From Macrostomum lignano (Eukaryota), in the NCBI GenBank assembly GCA_002269645.1, contig NIVC01001978.1, forward strand, positions 152,708 through 216,707: a DNA stretch of 64,000 nucleotides. Direction: 5' to 3'. The translations under genes were made by a program, and so were the position numbers. The stretch's first letter is position 1. The number at the start of each line of letters is the position of its first letter. Of this stretch, positions 12,915 to 25,889 are shown one piece after another. The notes below the pieces were generated by a model. The model did not search any database. It worked only from the letters and a program-made list of their open reading frames with translations, and was not told the DNA's origin.

Positions 12915-13860
12915 AGAGGCAGGTATAGAAGAGTACAGACAGGTATAGAAGGGTAGGGACAGGTATAGAAGAGTACAGACAGGTATAGAAGGGTAGAGAC
13001 TGGTATAGAAGAGTACAGACAGGTATAGAAGGGTAGGGACAGGTATAGAAGAGTACAGACAGGTATAGAAGGGTAGAGACTGGTATAGAAGAGTACAGAC
13101 AGGTATAGAAGGGTAGGGACAGGTATAGAAGAGTACAGACAGGTATAGAAGGGTAGAGACTGGTATAGAAGAGTACAGACAGGTATAGAAGGGTAGGGAC
13201 AGGTATAGAAGAGTACAGACAGGTATAGATGAGTACAGACAGGTATAGAAGAGTACAGACAGGTATAGAAGGGTAGAGACTGGTATAGAAGAGTACAGAC
13301 AGGTATAGAAGGGTAGGGACAGGTATAGAAGAGTACAGACAGGTATAGAAGGGTAGGGACAGGTATAGAAGAGTACAGACAGGTATAGAAGGGTAGAGAC
13401 TGGTATAGAAGAGTACAGACAGGTATAGAAGGGTAGGGACAGGTATAGAAGAGTACAGACAGGTATAGAAGGGTAGAGACTGGTATAGAAGAGTACAGAC
13501 AGGTATAGAAGGGTAGGGACAGGTATAGAAGAGTACAGACAGGTATAGATGAGTACAGACAGGTATAGAAGAGTACAGACAGGTATAGAAGGGTAGAGAC
13601 TGGTATAGAAGAGTACAGACAGGTATAGAAGGGTAGGGACAGGTATAGAAGAGTACAGACAGGTATAGAAGGGTAGAGACAGGTATAGAAGAGTACAGAC
13701 AGGTATAGAAGGGTAGAGACAGGTATAGAATACTACAGACAGGTATAGAAGAGTACAGACAGGTATAGAAGGGTAGGGACAGGTAGGGATGAGTAGAGAC
13801 AGGAATAGAAGAGTAGAGACAGGAATAGAAGAGTACAGACAGGTATTGAAAAGTACAGAC
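12915..13860. repeat. 20-bp minisatellite with 40-bp higher-order alternation (ACAGGTATAGAAGAGTACAG / ACAGGTATAGAAGGGTAGGG)
   Basis: Direct reading. Confidence 0.95.
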
Positions 13861-14751
13861 ATAAAATTAATACAATTTTCTTTAAACTCAATTAGAACTC
13901 AAGCCGAACGCTGTATTATTGAGGTGTCCTCAAAAGCTCATCTTGCCCCATGAAGTACTTCGTATATATTTGAGACAGTCAGCCTTCGTTAGGAAATAAA
14001 AAGCAAACCAATATATAAGCTACTTTGACGTAGATGGGGGTGTGGAGGCTTTCTACAATAGACAAAGTTTTATTGCGTCAGGCTAAATCAACATGTTCCT
14101 ATAGTCTATGGCTAGGCCCAAATGGGGAATAAAAGACCCGGACTTCCAACTCCAGGAAGCCGACCAGGGAACGATAGTTTTCTGAAGTAGTCTATGGCCG
14201 AAGATATAAGATGGGAGCCTTTTCTTCATTAATAACCTTCTCCCGAGAATGTGCTCGGACTATACTTGGAGAATTTCTCAAGAGTCCCAAGCAACTGCTG
14301 GTTTTATTAATTTATTCATAGGCACTAAATTATAAACGAAGCTATGCTAACATAGCTTCAATAGGTTTTGCTTGACTGCTTTGCATATCGAGTAGGTCAG
14401 AATTGGCTTCAACAACGAATTGATGTATTGGTGACCTACGGTAAAACAGCAAGCTTAAATGGGAATGAACCGACCCAGCGACTCTAGGGAGTCAGTGAGA
14501 GAGCGAGTGGGAAAGAGGAATTTCGGACTCAAATGCTATCTGAGCACAACTTCCGTCAAAATTCCATTAAAAATTTCCAATTTGGCTTCCCCTTGGCTAC
14601 AGAAAGTCAGCAGAGGGGGAGTCAGCATAGGTTAGAGCTCAGCTTTTAGAAGCCCCTGATTTAGTATCTTCTTTAGCGAGAAATCGTATAATAATCAAAG
14701 CTTTGTTTTCAGAACCCAATGTAAGTTCGGCGCCCCTGTCTTTTGGGTAGA

Positions 14752-15862
14752 TGGGCGCCACTGTCTCACTGTCTCTTAGGTTGGCGCCACTGTCTCACTG
14801 TCTCTTAGGTTGGCGCCACTGTCTCACTGTCTCTTAGGTTGGCGCCACTGTCTCACTGTCTCTTAGGTTGGCGCCACTGTCTCACTGTCTCTTAGGTTGG
14901 CGCCACTGTCTCACTGTCTCTTAGGTTGGCGCCACTGTCTCACTGTCTCTTAGGTTGGCGCCACTGTCTCACTGTCTCTTAGGTTGGCGCCACTGTCTCA
15001 CTGTCTCTTAGGTTGGCGCCACTGTCTCACTGTCTCTTAGGTTGGCGCCACTGTCTCACTGTCTCTTAGGTTGGCGCCACTGTCTCACTGTCTCTTAGGT
15101 TGGCGCCACTGTCTCACTGTCTCTTAGGTTGGCGCCACTGTCTCACTGTCTCTTAGGTTGGCGCCACTGTCTCACTGTCTCTTAGGTTGGCGCCACTGTC
15201 TCACTGTCTCTTAGGTTGGCGCCACTGTCTCACTGTCTCTTAGGTTGGCGCCACTGTCTCACTGTCTCTTAGGTTGGCGCCACTGTCTCACTGTCTCTTA
15301 GGTTGGCGCCACTGTCTCACTGTCTCTTAGGTTGGCGCCACTGTCTCACTGTCTCTTAGGTTGGCGCCACTGTCTCACTGTCTCTTAGGTTGGCACCACT
15401 GTCTCACTGTCTCTTAGGTTCGCGCCACTGTCTCTTAGGTTGGCGCCACTGTCTCACTGTCTCTTAGGTTGGCGCCACTGTCTCACTGTCTCTTAGGTTG
15501 GCGCCACTGTCTCTTAGGTTGGCGCCATTGTCTCTCTTCGGTTGGAGCCACTGTCTCTTAGGTTGGCGCCACTGTCTCTTAGGAATTGGCGCCACTGTCT
15601 CTTAGGAATTGGCGCCACTGTCTCTTAGGAATTGGCGCCACTGTCTCTTAGGAATTGGCGCCACTGTCTCTCTTCGGTTGGAGCCACTGTCTCTTAGGTG
15701 GGCGCCACTGTCTCTTAGGTTGGCGCCACTGTCTCTTAGGTTGGCGCCCCTGTCTCTTAGGTGGGCGCCACTGTCTCTTAGGTTGGCGCCCCTGTCTCTT
15801 AGGTTGGCGCCACTGTCTCTTAGGTTGGCGCCACTGTCTCTTAGGTGGGCGCCACTGTGTCT
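14752..15862. repeat. 29-bp minisatellite (GTTGGCGCCACTGTCTCACTGTCTCTTAG) grading into a 21-bp unit (GTTGGCGCCACTGTCTCTTAG)
   Basis: Direct reading; the switch occurs around 15420-15520. Confidence 0.95.
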
Positions 15863-16404
15863 TATGTGGGCGCCCTTACTCCCCGTCTCCTAAGACCAGA
15901 GAATGTCACATCCAAGAGTTTGGCAAAAGTGGAGCTCCTGTCCTTCAGTGAGCATGGTTGCTTTTTTCATTTAGTTTTTGTAGGGATATTTGGGGTGCGC
16001 CGCCCCCTTGCCCTAATCCCAAGAATCCTCGATTCCCGGGAAAAGAAATCTGGATCCCACCCGTTCGCTGCCAGGATTTGGGTGGGGATTTTTGTAAAGC
16101 CCTTTTTTGTCAAGTAGGATTTCTATAATAATCGGTAGAGACGATCGGGACTTATTTGATTGCGAGGTGAGAATTAGCTACGCTTCTATGAATTCCGTCA
16201 CTGTACATTGAAATCCCGTTCTGAGCTGGGCTTGCATTGAGTTGAGATTTCTAGGAGTAGAAATCCTTCGCTGTATGCCTTAACAAATGTGGGAATAATG
16301 AGTCGACCGGATTTTTAAGTTGAAGAGGAGCGGCTAAGGGCGTCAATGGGATTTCAGCGAGCGTCAGTATTGAGTTCGTTGTATAGCTTCTCAAGGCATC
16401 CAGT

Positions 16405-16650
16405 GCTGCACCTCAAGGACACCCAATTTTGCACCTCAAGGACATTCAATTTTGCACCTCAGAGACGCCCAATGTTGCACCTCAGAGACACCCAATGTTG
16501 CACCTCAGAGACACCCAATATTGCACCTCAGAGACACCCAATGTTGCACCTCAGAGACACCCAATGTTGCACCTCAGAGACACCCAATGTTGCACCTCAG
16601 AGACACCCAATGTTGCACCTCAGAGACGTCCAATGGACACCCAGTGTTGC
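16405..16650. repeat. 23-bp minisatellite (GCACCTCAGAGACACCCAATGTT)
   Basis: Direct reading. Confidence 0.9.
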
Positions 16651-16853
16651 ACTTTAGTGACTGACACCTTCACTCCTCAAGGTCACTAGAAAGTCTCTCA
16701 GACACCGGATCTAGTATCTCAAGGACGCCTAATTTGACACGCCCAGTTAGTTCACCATTTTCCATGCTATGCCCTATAGTCTCGTTGGAGGAGAACGCTG
16801 TGGAATATAAAATAGCTCGTATATGGATATGAAATCTTGCTGATTAAACGCAG

Positions 16854-19800
16854 GCCAAGCCTATTCGCTAACCGAAGACCGCCAGTTACACATCAACGCA
16901 TCGGTTGAGTACATGCTCAAGCAGCGACTGCTCAGGGGATACGACACCACTAGCCGGCCGGTTCGCAGGGATTTGAGTCCGGTGGACACCAGTGTTGGAA
17001 TGTCGCTGTTTCACATCTTGGACACTGTAAGTTGATCGAAAATGTACATTTTTATATTGTCTGTCGTGAAGTGATAACTGTTACTGGGTGACAGATTTTA
17101 AATAATAATGTGTCTAACGGGTGTGACATCGCGTATAACAGGTGTGAGGTTGTGTCTAACAGGTGTGAGGTTGTGTCTAACATGTGTGAGGTTGTGCCTA
17201 ACATGTGTGAGGTTGTGTCTAACAGGTGTGAGGTTGTGTCTAACAAGTGTGAGGTTGTGTCTAACATGTGTGAGGTTGTGCCTAACATGTGTGAGGTTGT
17301 GCCTAACATGTGTGAGGTTGTGCCTAACATGTGTGAGGTTGTGTCTAACAGATGTGAGGTTGTGTCTAACAGGTGTGAGGTTGTGTCTAACAGGTGTGAG
17401 GTTGTGTCTAACAGGTGTGAGGTTGTGTCTGAAATGTGTGACATTGTGTATAACATGAGTGACATTATCAGACAGAATTATGCGGGATTGATTCTGTCCT
17501 GTCAATCTAAAACGAACGACTGTTCTGTAGAGAAAAAAATCCGCGCAGAAAAAGTTTTCAAATCGGTGCTTTGCCAAACAGGCAGCAACAAACTGGTGGG
17601 ACGAAAAAGAACTACTGGAAAAAGCATAGCGCAGCCAAGAGGCCTCCAAAACAGCTATAAAATAAGCATTAAAATGAAGAGAAATTGCCGGAAAAAAGCT
17701 ATCTGCTCTGCCATTAATCCGCCATGCATTTTTACAGTTCATACACTTAAACAAAATTGTTCCACATTTTCCCGTTGCAGAGTGAGCGCCATCAGACCAT
17801 CTCTGCGCAGGTGTCCGTTCGAGTGGTAAGGCGCTGGTAGAGTTCCAGAATCAACAGCTGAATCAACAATCAAAATTAAATTCACTTTTTGTGGCGTTCT
17901 TAAATTCTCGTTCTTCTGTTGTCGTTCTTCTTTTCCAGCACTGGTGGGACGAATATTTGACTTGGAGCGTGGAGGACTTTCCCATACAGAGATTCTGGAT
18001 CCCTGCTAAGAGCATCTGGCGACCGGATCTCATCATCACCAATTAGTGAGGAAACATCGCGCTTCGCCTGACCTTTGTTGGAACAGAATGAAAGGCAATC
18101 TAGAAATACAACCAGAATAGAAGATTCGAACTGATACATTCGGGATTCACACGAACTTGAATCCCACAGCTGACACTCCCTGACTCAACAGGATGTAAAG
18201 ACACCGAATCCCACAGCTGACACTCCCTGACTCAACATGATGTAAAGACACCGAATCCCACAGCTGACACTCCCTGACTCAACAGGATGTAAAGACACCG
18301 AATCCCACAGCTGACACTCCCTGACTCAACAGGATGTAAAGACACCGAATCCCACAGCTGACACTCCCTGACTCAACAGGATGTAAAGACACCGAATCCC
18401 ACAGCTGACACTCCCTGACTCAACAGGATGTAAAGACACCGAATCCCACAGCTGACACTCCCTGACTCAACAGGATGTAAAGACACCGAATCCCACAGCT
18501 GACACTCCCTGACTCAACAGGATGTAAAGACACCGAATCCCACAGCTGACACTCCCTGACTCAACATGATGTAAAGACACCGAATCCCACAGCTGACACT
18601 CCCTGACTCAACAGGATGTAAAGACACCGAATCCCACAGCTGACACTCCCTGACTCAACAGGATGTAAAGACACCGAATCCCACAGCTGACACTCCCTGA
18701 CTCAACAGGATGTAAAGACACCGAATCCCACAGCTGACACTCCCTGACTCAACAGGATGTAAAGACACCGAGTCCCACAGCTGACACTCCCTGACTCAAC
18801 AGGATGTAAAGACACCGAATCCCACAGCTGACACTCCCTGACTCAACAGGATGTAAAGACACCGAATCCCACAGCTGACACTCCCTGACTCAACAGGATG
18901 TAAAGACACCGAATCCCACAGCTGACACTCCCTGACTCAACAGGATGTAGAGACACCGAATCCCACAGCTGACACTCCCTGACTCAACAGGATGTAAAGA
19001 CACCGAATCCCACAGCTGACACTCCCTGACTCAACAGGATGTAGAGACACCGAATCCCACAGCTGACACTCCCTGACTCAACATGATGTAAAGACACCGA
19101 ATCCCACAGCTGACACTCCCTGACTCAACATGATGTAAAGACACCGAATCCCAAAGCAGACACTCCATGACTCAACAGGATGTAAAGACACCGAATCTCA
19201 CAGCAGACACTCCCTGACTCAACAGGATATAAAGACACCGAATCCCACAGCTGACACTCCCTGACTCAACAGGATGTAAAGACACCGAGTCCCACAGCTG
19301 ACACTCCCTGACTCAACAGGATGTAAAGACACCGAATCCCACAGCTGACACTCCCTGACTCAACAGGATGTAGAGACACCGAATCCCACAGCTGACACTC
19401 CCTGACTCAACAGGATGTAAAGACACCGAATCCCACAGCTGACACTCCCTGACTCAACAGGATGTAAAGACACCGAATCCCACAGCTGACACTCCCTGAC
19501 TCAACAGGATGTAAAGACACCGAATCCCACAGCTGACACTCCCTGACTCAACAGGATGTAAAGACGCCGAATCCCAAAGCAGACACTCCATGACTCAACA
19601 GGATGTAAAGACGCCGAATCCCACAGCTGACACTCCATGACTCAACAGGATGTAAAGACACCGAATCCCACAGCTGACACTCCCTGACTCAACAGGATGT
19701 AAAGACACCGAATCCCACAGCTGACACTCCCTGACTCAACAGGATGTAAAGACACCGAATCCCACAGCTGACACTCCCTGACTCAACATGATGTAAAGAC

Positions 19801-22327
19801 ACCGAATCCCACAGCTGACACTCCCTGACTCAACAGGATGTAAAGACACCGAATCCCACAGCTGACACTCCCTGACTCAACAGGATGTAAAGACACCGAA
19901 TCCCACAGCTGACACTCCCTGACTCAACAGGATGTAAAGACACCGAATCCCACAGCTGACACTCCCTGACTCAACAGGATGTAAAGACACCGAGTCCCAC
20001 AGCTGACACTCCCTGACTCAACAGGATGTAAAGACACCGAATCCCACAGCTGACACTCCCTGACTCAACAGGATGTAAAGACACCGAATCCCACAGCTGA
20101 CACTCCCTGACTCAACAGGATGTAAAGACACCGAATCCCACAGCTGACACTCCCTGACTCAACAGGATGTAGAGACACCGAATCCCACAGCTGACACTCC
20201 CTGACTCAACAGGATGTAAAGACACCGAATCCCACAGCTGACACTCCCTGACTCAACAGGATGTAGAGACACCGAATCCCACAGCTGACACTCCCTGACT
20301 CAACATGATGTAAAGACACCGAATCCCACAGCTGACACTCCCTGACTCAACAGGATGTAGAGACACCGAATCCCACAGCTGACACTCCCTGACTCAACAG
20401 GATGTAGAGACACCGAATCCCACAGCTGACACTCCCTGACTCAACAGGATGTAAAGACACCGAATCCCACAGCTGACACTCCCTGACTCAACAGGATGTA
20501 AAGACACCGAATCCCACAGCTGACACTCCCTGACTCAACAGGATGTAAAGACACCGAATCCCACAGCTGACACTCCCTGACTCAACAGGATGTAAAGACG
20601 CCGAATCCCAAAGCAGACACTCCATGACTCAACAGGATGTAAAGACGCCGAATCCCAAAGCAGACACTCCATGACTCAACAGGATGTAAAGACGCCGAAT
20701 CCCACAGCTGACACTCCCTGACTCAACAGGATGTAAAGACGCCGAATCCCACAGCTGACAATTTTGTTGCGTCCTACTACTTCAATTGACCTGTTGACCA
20801 TACTTGAATCAAACCTTCAAATCAACCCGATTCGCTTCGAATTCTCAGCGCCAACGACGAATACTCCGACTACATGAACACTAACGCTATAGTGGAGAAG
20901 AACGGCAAAATAATGTGGACTTTTCCCATGGTTGTAAAAATGTACTGCACCCTGGACGTGCGCTATTTCCCATTCGACTCGCAGGACTGTAACGTGACGT
21001 TCGTGTCGTGGACATACGACGGATTCCAGGTGGCGCTTAACCACACCGGCCGAGACGACCAGAAAGTGTACTACAATGCCAGAAACCAAGAATGGAAAGT
21101 GACAGGAATTTCGCCGCGCCAAGAGCTGATCAAGTATCCCTGCTGCAAGTCGCCGTTCCCAGTTATTCACTTCACGATACACATGTACAGGCGGTGTCTT
21201 TTCTACGTTATCAACCTTATTTGTCCCTGTCTGCTGATCTACTTTGTCTCATTTCTGGGCTTCTACCTGCCAATAGAATCTGGCGAGAAGGTTAACCTTG
21301 AAATAACTGTACTGTTGGCTCTGGTGGTCTTCCTGCTAATGGTGAGCGAGACTATGCCGCCGACACCTGATGCCATTCCTATTCTTGGTTAGTAATGCTC
21401 CTCGGTTTCATTGGTTTCAAGATTAGAATCAAGGACTTCTAGACTAACAGGACGTAAAACTCAAAGATATTGAATCCAATTACGAAAAGCATTCCTACGA
21501 GCTAACAGGCTACTTAAGAATGATAGGATAGCAAGGATAGTTATGTTTACTACCTGAATACTACCTTAAAAATGAAACTAATCTCTTCCAAACCTCGATA
21601 AACTGGCCGAACTTTCAGGCCTGCTATTCACTGTCACAATGACAATGGTAGCCCTTGCAGTTGTCATGTCGGTGATTGTAACGCGAGTGTTCTTTGCCGA
21701 CCAGCATCACCAGCATCAGCAGGAGGAGCATCAGCAGGGTCTGCACCAACGAAGGCATCGACTGCCGAGTTACATTGTGTGGCTCGCCAAACTGCATCGT
21801 CGCTGGACTGGCTCCTCGCTAGGGAAGTCAAAGAATGCGACAACAGCGACGGGCGCGGCTGCTTCGGAGTCGCGCTGCTCGTTGGGCCAGCAGCATGAGC
21901 AGGCCACTAGACGCCGCTGGGCCGAAGCGACCGACAGTTCGAATTCGCCGTTGAAATCGCCAGTGCAGCAGCCTCCGACATTGCCATCAACGTACTTTAA
22001 GGTAGTTCAGAGAAGCTCCTTATGATAGTTAATTAGGGAGCCATTCTCAGTTCTACCGCTATTCTCACTTATTAATATGTACTCAAGGTCGCTCTACAGC
22101 CAATCCCAGCATCATCTAATGGCACAAGCGATGGAACTCGGCTACAGCAAAAGCAGAAGCAACAGGAGCAGCAGCAGCAAGAGTTGCAGGAATTATCCGA
22201 CGTGTGGAAGCACGCGGCGTTCGCTCTGGATAGGATATTTTTCTGGGTGTTCACAGCGCTCACAGTGGCCATGTTCTTCACCATCTGCTGTGTGGCATCG
22301 CCCGCTTTCAATGAGGATCACTCTTGA
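16854..22327 (+). CDS. Nicotinic acetylcholine receptor alpha-type subunit (Cys-loop ligand-gated ion channel), divergent alpha7/alpha9-like; signal-peptide exon not located
   Basis: Exons 16854-17026 (..RGYDTTSRPVRRDLSPVDTSVGMSLFHILDT), 17781-17825 (45 nt, SERHQTISAQVSVRV), 17939-18045 (HWWDEYLTW..WRPDLIITN), 20849-21387 (Cys loop CTLDVRYFPFDSQDC, loop C YPCC, M1, M2 GEKVNLEITVLL), 21619-22001 (M3 and loop) and 22100-22327 (M4 WKHAAFALDRIFFWVF). All junctions are GT-AG with matching phases. Confidence 0.93.
17112..17430. repeat. 21-bp minisatellite (TGTGAGGTTGTGTCTAACAGG) in nAChR intron
   Basis: Direct reading. Confidence 0.95.
18159..20760. repeat. 47-bp minisatellite (GAATCCCACAGCTGACACTCCCTGACTCAACAGGATGTAAAGACACC), ~55 units, nAChR intron
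   Basis: Direct reading; near-identical contiguous units with no spacers. Confidence 0.97.
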
Positions 22328-22429
22328 ATGACAAATGGAACCTGGGCGCCTGTTTCATTGTACTACTAACGTATGCAGTAGTTATTTTACCCTAGAACTT
22401 AGTTAGCATTCAGCCTATGTGAATGGCAG

Positions 22430-22760
22430 ATCATTCTGTGAATAGACTGTATGAATAGCATATTATTCTGTGAATATTCTGTGTGAATAGCCAATCAATA
22501 TGTGAATAGTCTGTATGAATAGCCAATCATTCTGTGAATAGTCTGTGTAAATAGCCAATCATTCTGTGAATAGTCTGTGTGAATAGCCAATCATTTTGTG
22601 AATAGTCTGTGTAAATAGCCAATCATTCTGTGAATAGTCTGTGTGAATAGCCAATCATTCTGTGAATAGTCTGTGTGATTAGCGAATCATTATGTGAATA
22701 GTCTGTGTGAATATCTGATGAATCTGTGAATAGTCTGTGTGAATGGCTGTTCAATCTGTA
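22430..22760. repeat. 32-bp minisatellite (GTGAATAGTCTGTGTGAATAGCCAATCATTCT) downstream of nAChR stop
   Basis: Direct reading. Confidence 0.9.
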
Positions 22761-23689
22761 AAAAGCCTGTCTGAATATAAATATGATAAAATATGAAATA
22801 TGAGTAAAATATTCGTTATAAACGACCGATCACCGAGTTAGCGAATATTTTCGGTGATTGCACTTAAAATTCAGAATACAAACAGACAAGTTAATTTACC
22901 GTCTATATAATTACAATTCACTTATTACACAATTAAAACAAGTGCAGATTTACAACAGTAGATAAGGAATATTGCTGAGTAAATCTTATAGCAAATTTTA
23001 TTTATTTATAGGTAACTATACTGTTTTATTATTAAATAAAAAACAATAGAACAAAAGGTGAATAATAATTAATTTAGAACTCATTAAGTTAAATAAGCAT
23101 ATTATAGATTCAGTAAAACAAAACTGTTATAAATCAGTAATACCGGTAATAATATTAGCAGATACTACTGATATCTGAGAGGTAAAAGCACTCGAAAAAT
23201 ATGTCGTCTATTGCCTCAAAACTTGTATGAAAAGTCAACTCCTAATGCAATAAAACTTTAGTAATATCATACGCTAATCACACTACTATAAAAAACTGGA
23301 TGTAAATAGTTTTCGGAAAAATGTTGCGTTTAATAAAAAATACCAGCACGATAAATTCAAATAGAAAAAGCCGGAACGCCATTTAAAACGAGAGAAAAAT
23401 AGTTCAATGCTAGCGGACAAAGCGACAAAGAAGGTCAATGCACACGGATATGGTAACCATAACTACGATTACTAGGCACACTTACACAAACAGCTAAATA
23501 GTAGTTTAGCAATATTATATAATCTATTCACCACATAGAAAATTATCAAAGGATTAGGAGTAAGGATTAATAAAACAGGTACTGAAACATATTTGTATAA
23601 TAATCAGAACAAAATAATGAAAATCATTTTTATATCAAACAATCGATTAATCTATTAAGTCATCAAATCAAATCGATCGATCAATAGCT

Positions 23690-23865
23690 CAATAAATCAA
23701 TTAATTATTCAATCAAATCGATCAGTTAATAAAAAAATCGATAAATCAATAAATCGATAAATCAACCAATCGAGAAATCAATAAATCGATAAATCAATAA
23801 ATCGATGAAGCAATAAATCGATAAATAAATAAATCGATAACTCTATAAATCGATAAATCAATCAA
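23690..23865. repeat. ~16-bp degenerate repeat (ATCGATAAATCAATAA)
   Basis: Direct reading. Confidence 0.8.
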
Positions 23866-23963
23866 ATTATCAGTTTCGTTAACAAACCAATCAACAACAT
23901 CAACTAGATTACTTTACCCATCAGTTAGGCCAACAAGGCAGCCGATCTCCACGATCTCCGCTC

Positions 23964-24274
23964 TCAGTCGGCCTGCTCAGAGGTAGCCGGCGTTGGCGGC
24001 GTCGGCGGCTGCAGCAGCTCGTCCATCACGTCGTAGACGTCCACCTGCTGATGCTCGCCGCCAGCAGTCGTGCCGAAGCCGCCACGGCGCAGCATCCGGA
24101 CGAGAATCAGCGCCGATTGCGCCGGTGGCAGCAGCCGTTCGCGCAGGTCCTGCCACATCGCCCGGGACTCCGGGTCTGCGGACTCTCTGAGCTGCGCCTG
24201 CATGTCCGTGTCCAGGGGGCCCGGCCCGTAGCTTAGCAGGCTCAGGTCCGGCCTGCGGCGGGTGAACGGCGGTA

Positions 24275-24349
<75 letters not shown>

Positions 24350-24387
24350 GCCTGTCTGTCTTAGTGTTTATCTGTCTGTCTGTCCTG

Positions 24388-24466
<79 letters not shown>

Positions 24467-24469
24467 CTG

Positions 24470-24529
<60 letters not shown>

Positions 24530-25889
24530 GCCTACCTGCCTGCCTTTCAACCTACCGATTCATAAGTCTCTTTACTATCAGTATTCTAACTAACTATTTT
24601 ACTGATCGACGATCCAGTCTATCCCACTTTTCTCTTCAATCTACTCGACTCTCCCCAATTTACTCCACTCTACTCCATTCTCCCCCACTCTACCCCACTC
24701 TCCCTCAATCTACCCACTCTCCCCCAATCTATCCCACTCTCCCCCAATCTACTCCACTCTCCCCCAATCTATCCCACTCTCCCCCAATCTACTCCACTCT
24801 CCCCCAATCTACTCCACTCTACTCCACTCTCCCCCACTCTACCCTACTCTCTTCTAATCTACCCACTCTCCCCCACCCCAATCTATCCCACTCTCCCCCA
24901 ATCTACTCCACTCTCTCCCAATCTATCCCACTCTCCCCTAATCTACTTCACTCTCCCCACTCTGCTCGACTCTCCCCCAATCTAGCCCAGAATAACAATC
25001 TCAGGTCTCACCTCTCGGCAGCCAGAGTGCGAAACAGCATGAGCCTGGCAGCTTTGCTAGCGCAATAGACAGCCATAGATTTGAAGGGTTGCACAGCGCA
25101 CAGCGAACTAACATTGACTATCCACCATTGATTCACAATTGACAGCTTAAGACAGTAGGCGTTTAACAGCAGTACAGAAGTGATATTCACACTCCAATGC
25201 TCGTCCAATACCGCTTTATCAGTCAGGCAGTCGGATTTCTGGCCATAGATTCCCAGAGTGCCGGCATTGTGCACCAGCAGGCCAAATGGGGGTGCGTCTA
25301 GAAGTTTTGAACAAAAGTACATGAGGTACTTACTATGTACTTTATATAGCCGCTCAATTGTGCTATTTCCGAAGCTTGTTCCAGTTAAAGATTTCACCAT
25401 TATGGCACTGAATAAGACTGAGGCCATGGAAGATGTGATCTCCCCTTTGTGCATCATGGGGTCACTAGAGAATGACCCCCTCTTGGTACATCATGGGGTC
25501 ACTGAATATTGACTCAATTAGTTCGTTTCGGGAAAAAGAAGTAATTGAAAAGAAAAATCCAATCAATGAAACTTACAAGTTCCCAACAGTGGACTCTTAG
25601 TGGCTTCTTGCAGAGCAGACTCTATTGCATCAGCATTAGCCTGGCCTAAATCCAAACTTACAGTTCGAGTTTCAATTTCATCAGAGGCGTTGCGCAGTTC
25701 AGCAATAGCAGCAGCAACCAAGTCCAAGGCTTCGCTATTTCGGCCAATCAGGATGAAACGAGATCCTGGAGCGGCATCCTCTGCTAGGGCCAGGGTTAGG
25801 GTGCGGCCGAAGCCGCGACCTGCACCAGTGATAATGTATAAACCTGGTTGGCTGGTCATTGGCAGTGGCTGTGGCTTGATCTGAGCCAT
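23964..25889 (-). CDS. SPR: Sepiapterin reductase (SDR family), 3 exons, ~295 aa
   Basis: Exons 25889-25577 (IITGAGRGFG; T|gtaagt), 25297-25012 (LLVHNAGTLG, NVSSLCAVQPF, YCASKAAR; AG|gtgaga) and 24252-23964 (cag|G PDLSLLSYGPGPLDTDMQ..VDVYD). Total 888 nt in frame; motifs match the SPR pattern. Confidence 0.92.
24275..24985. repeat. (GTCT)n plus 20-bp minisatellite (CCACTCTCCCCCAATCTATC) filling SPR intron 2
   Basis: Direct reading. Confidence 0.93.

Noticed and set aside
16346-16830. Candidate first (signal-peptide) exon of the nAChR
   Set aside because: The ATG at ~16764 would need a 35-nt intron and encodes no hydrophobic core. The 16346 ORF runs into a minisatellite. Exon 1 is left unassigned.
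18159-20760. CRISPR-like array of 47-bp repeats
   Set aside because: Units are contiguous with no unique spacers, and the context is a eukaryotic intron.
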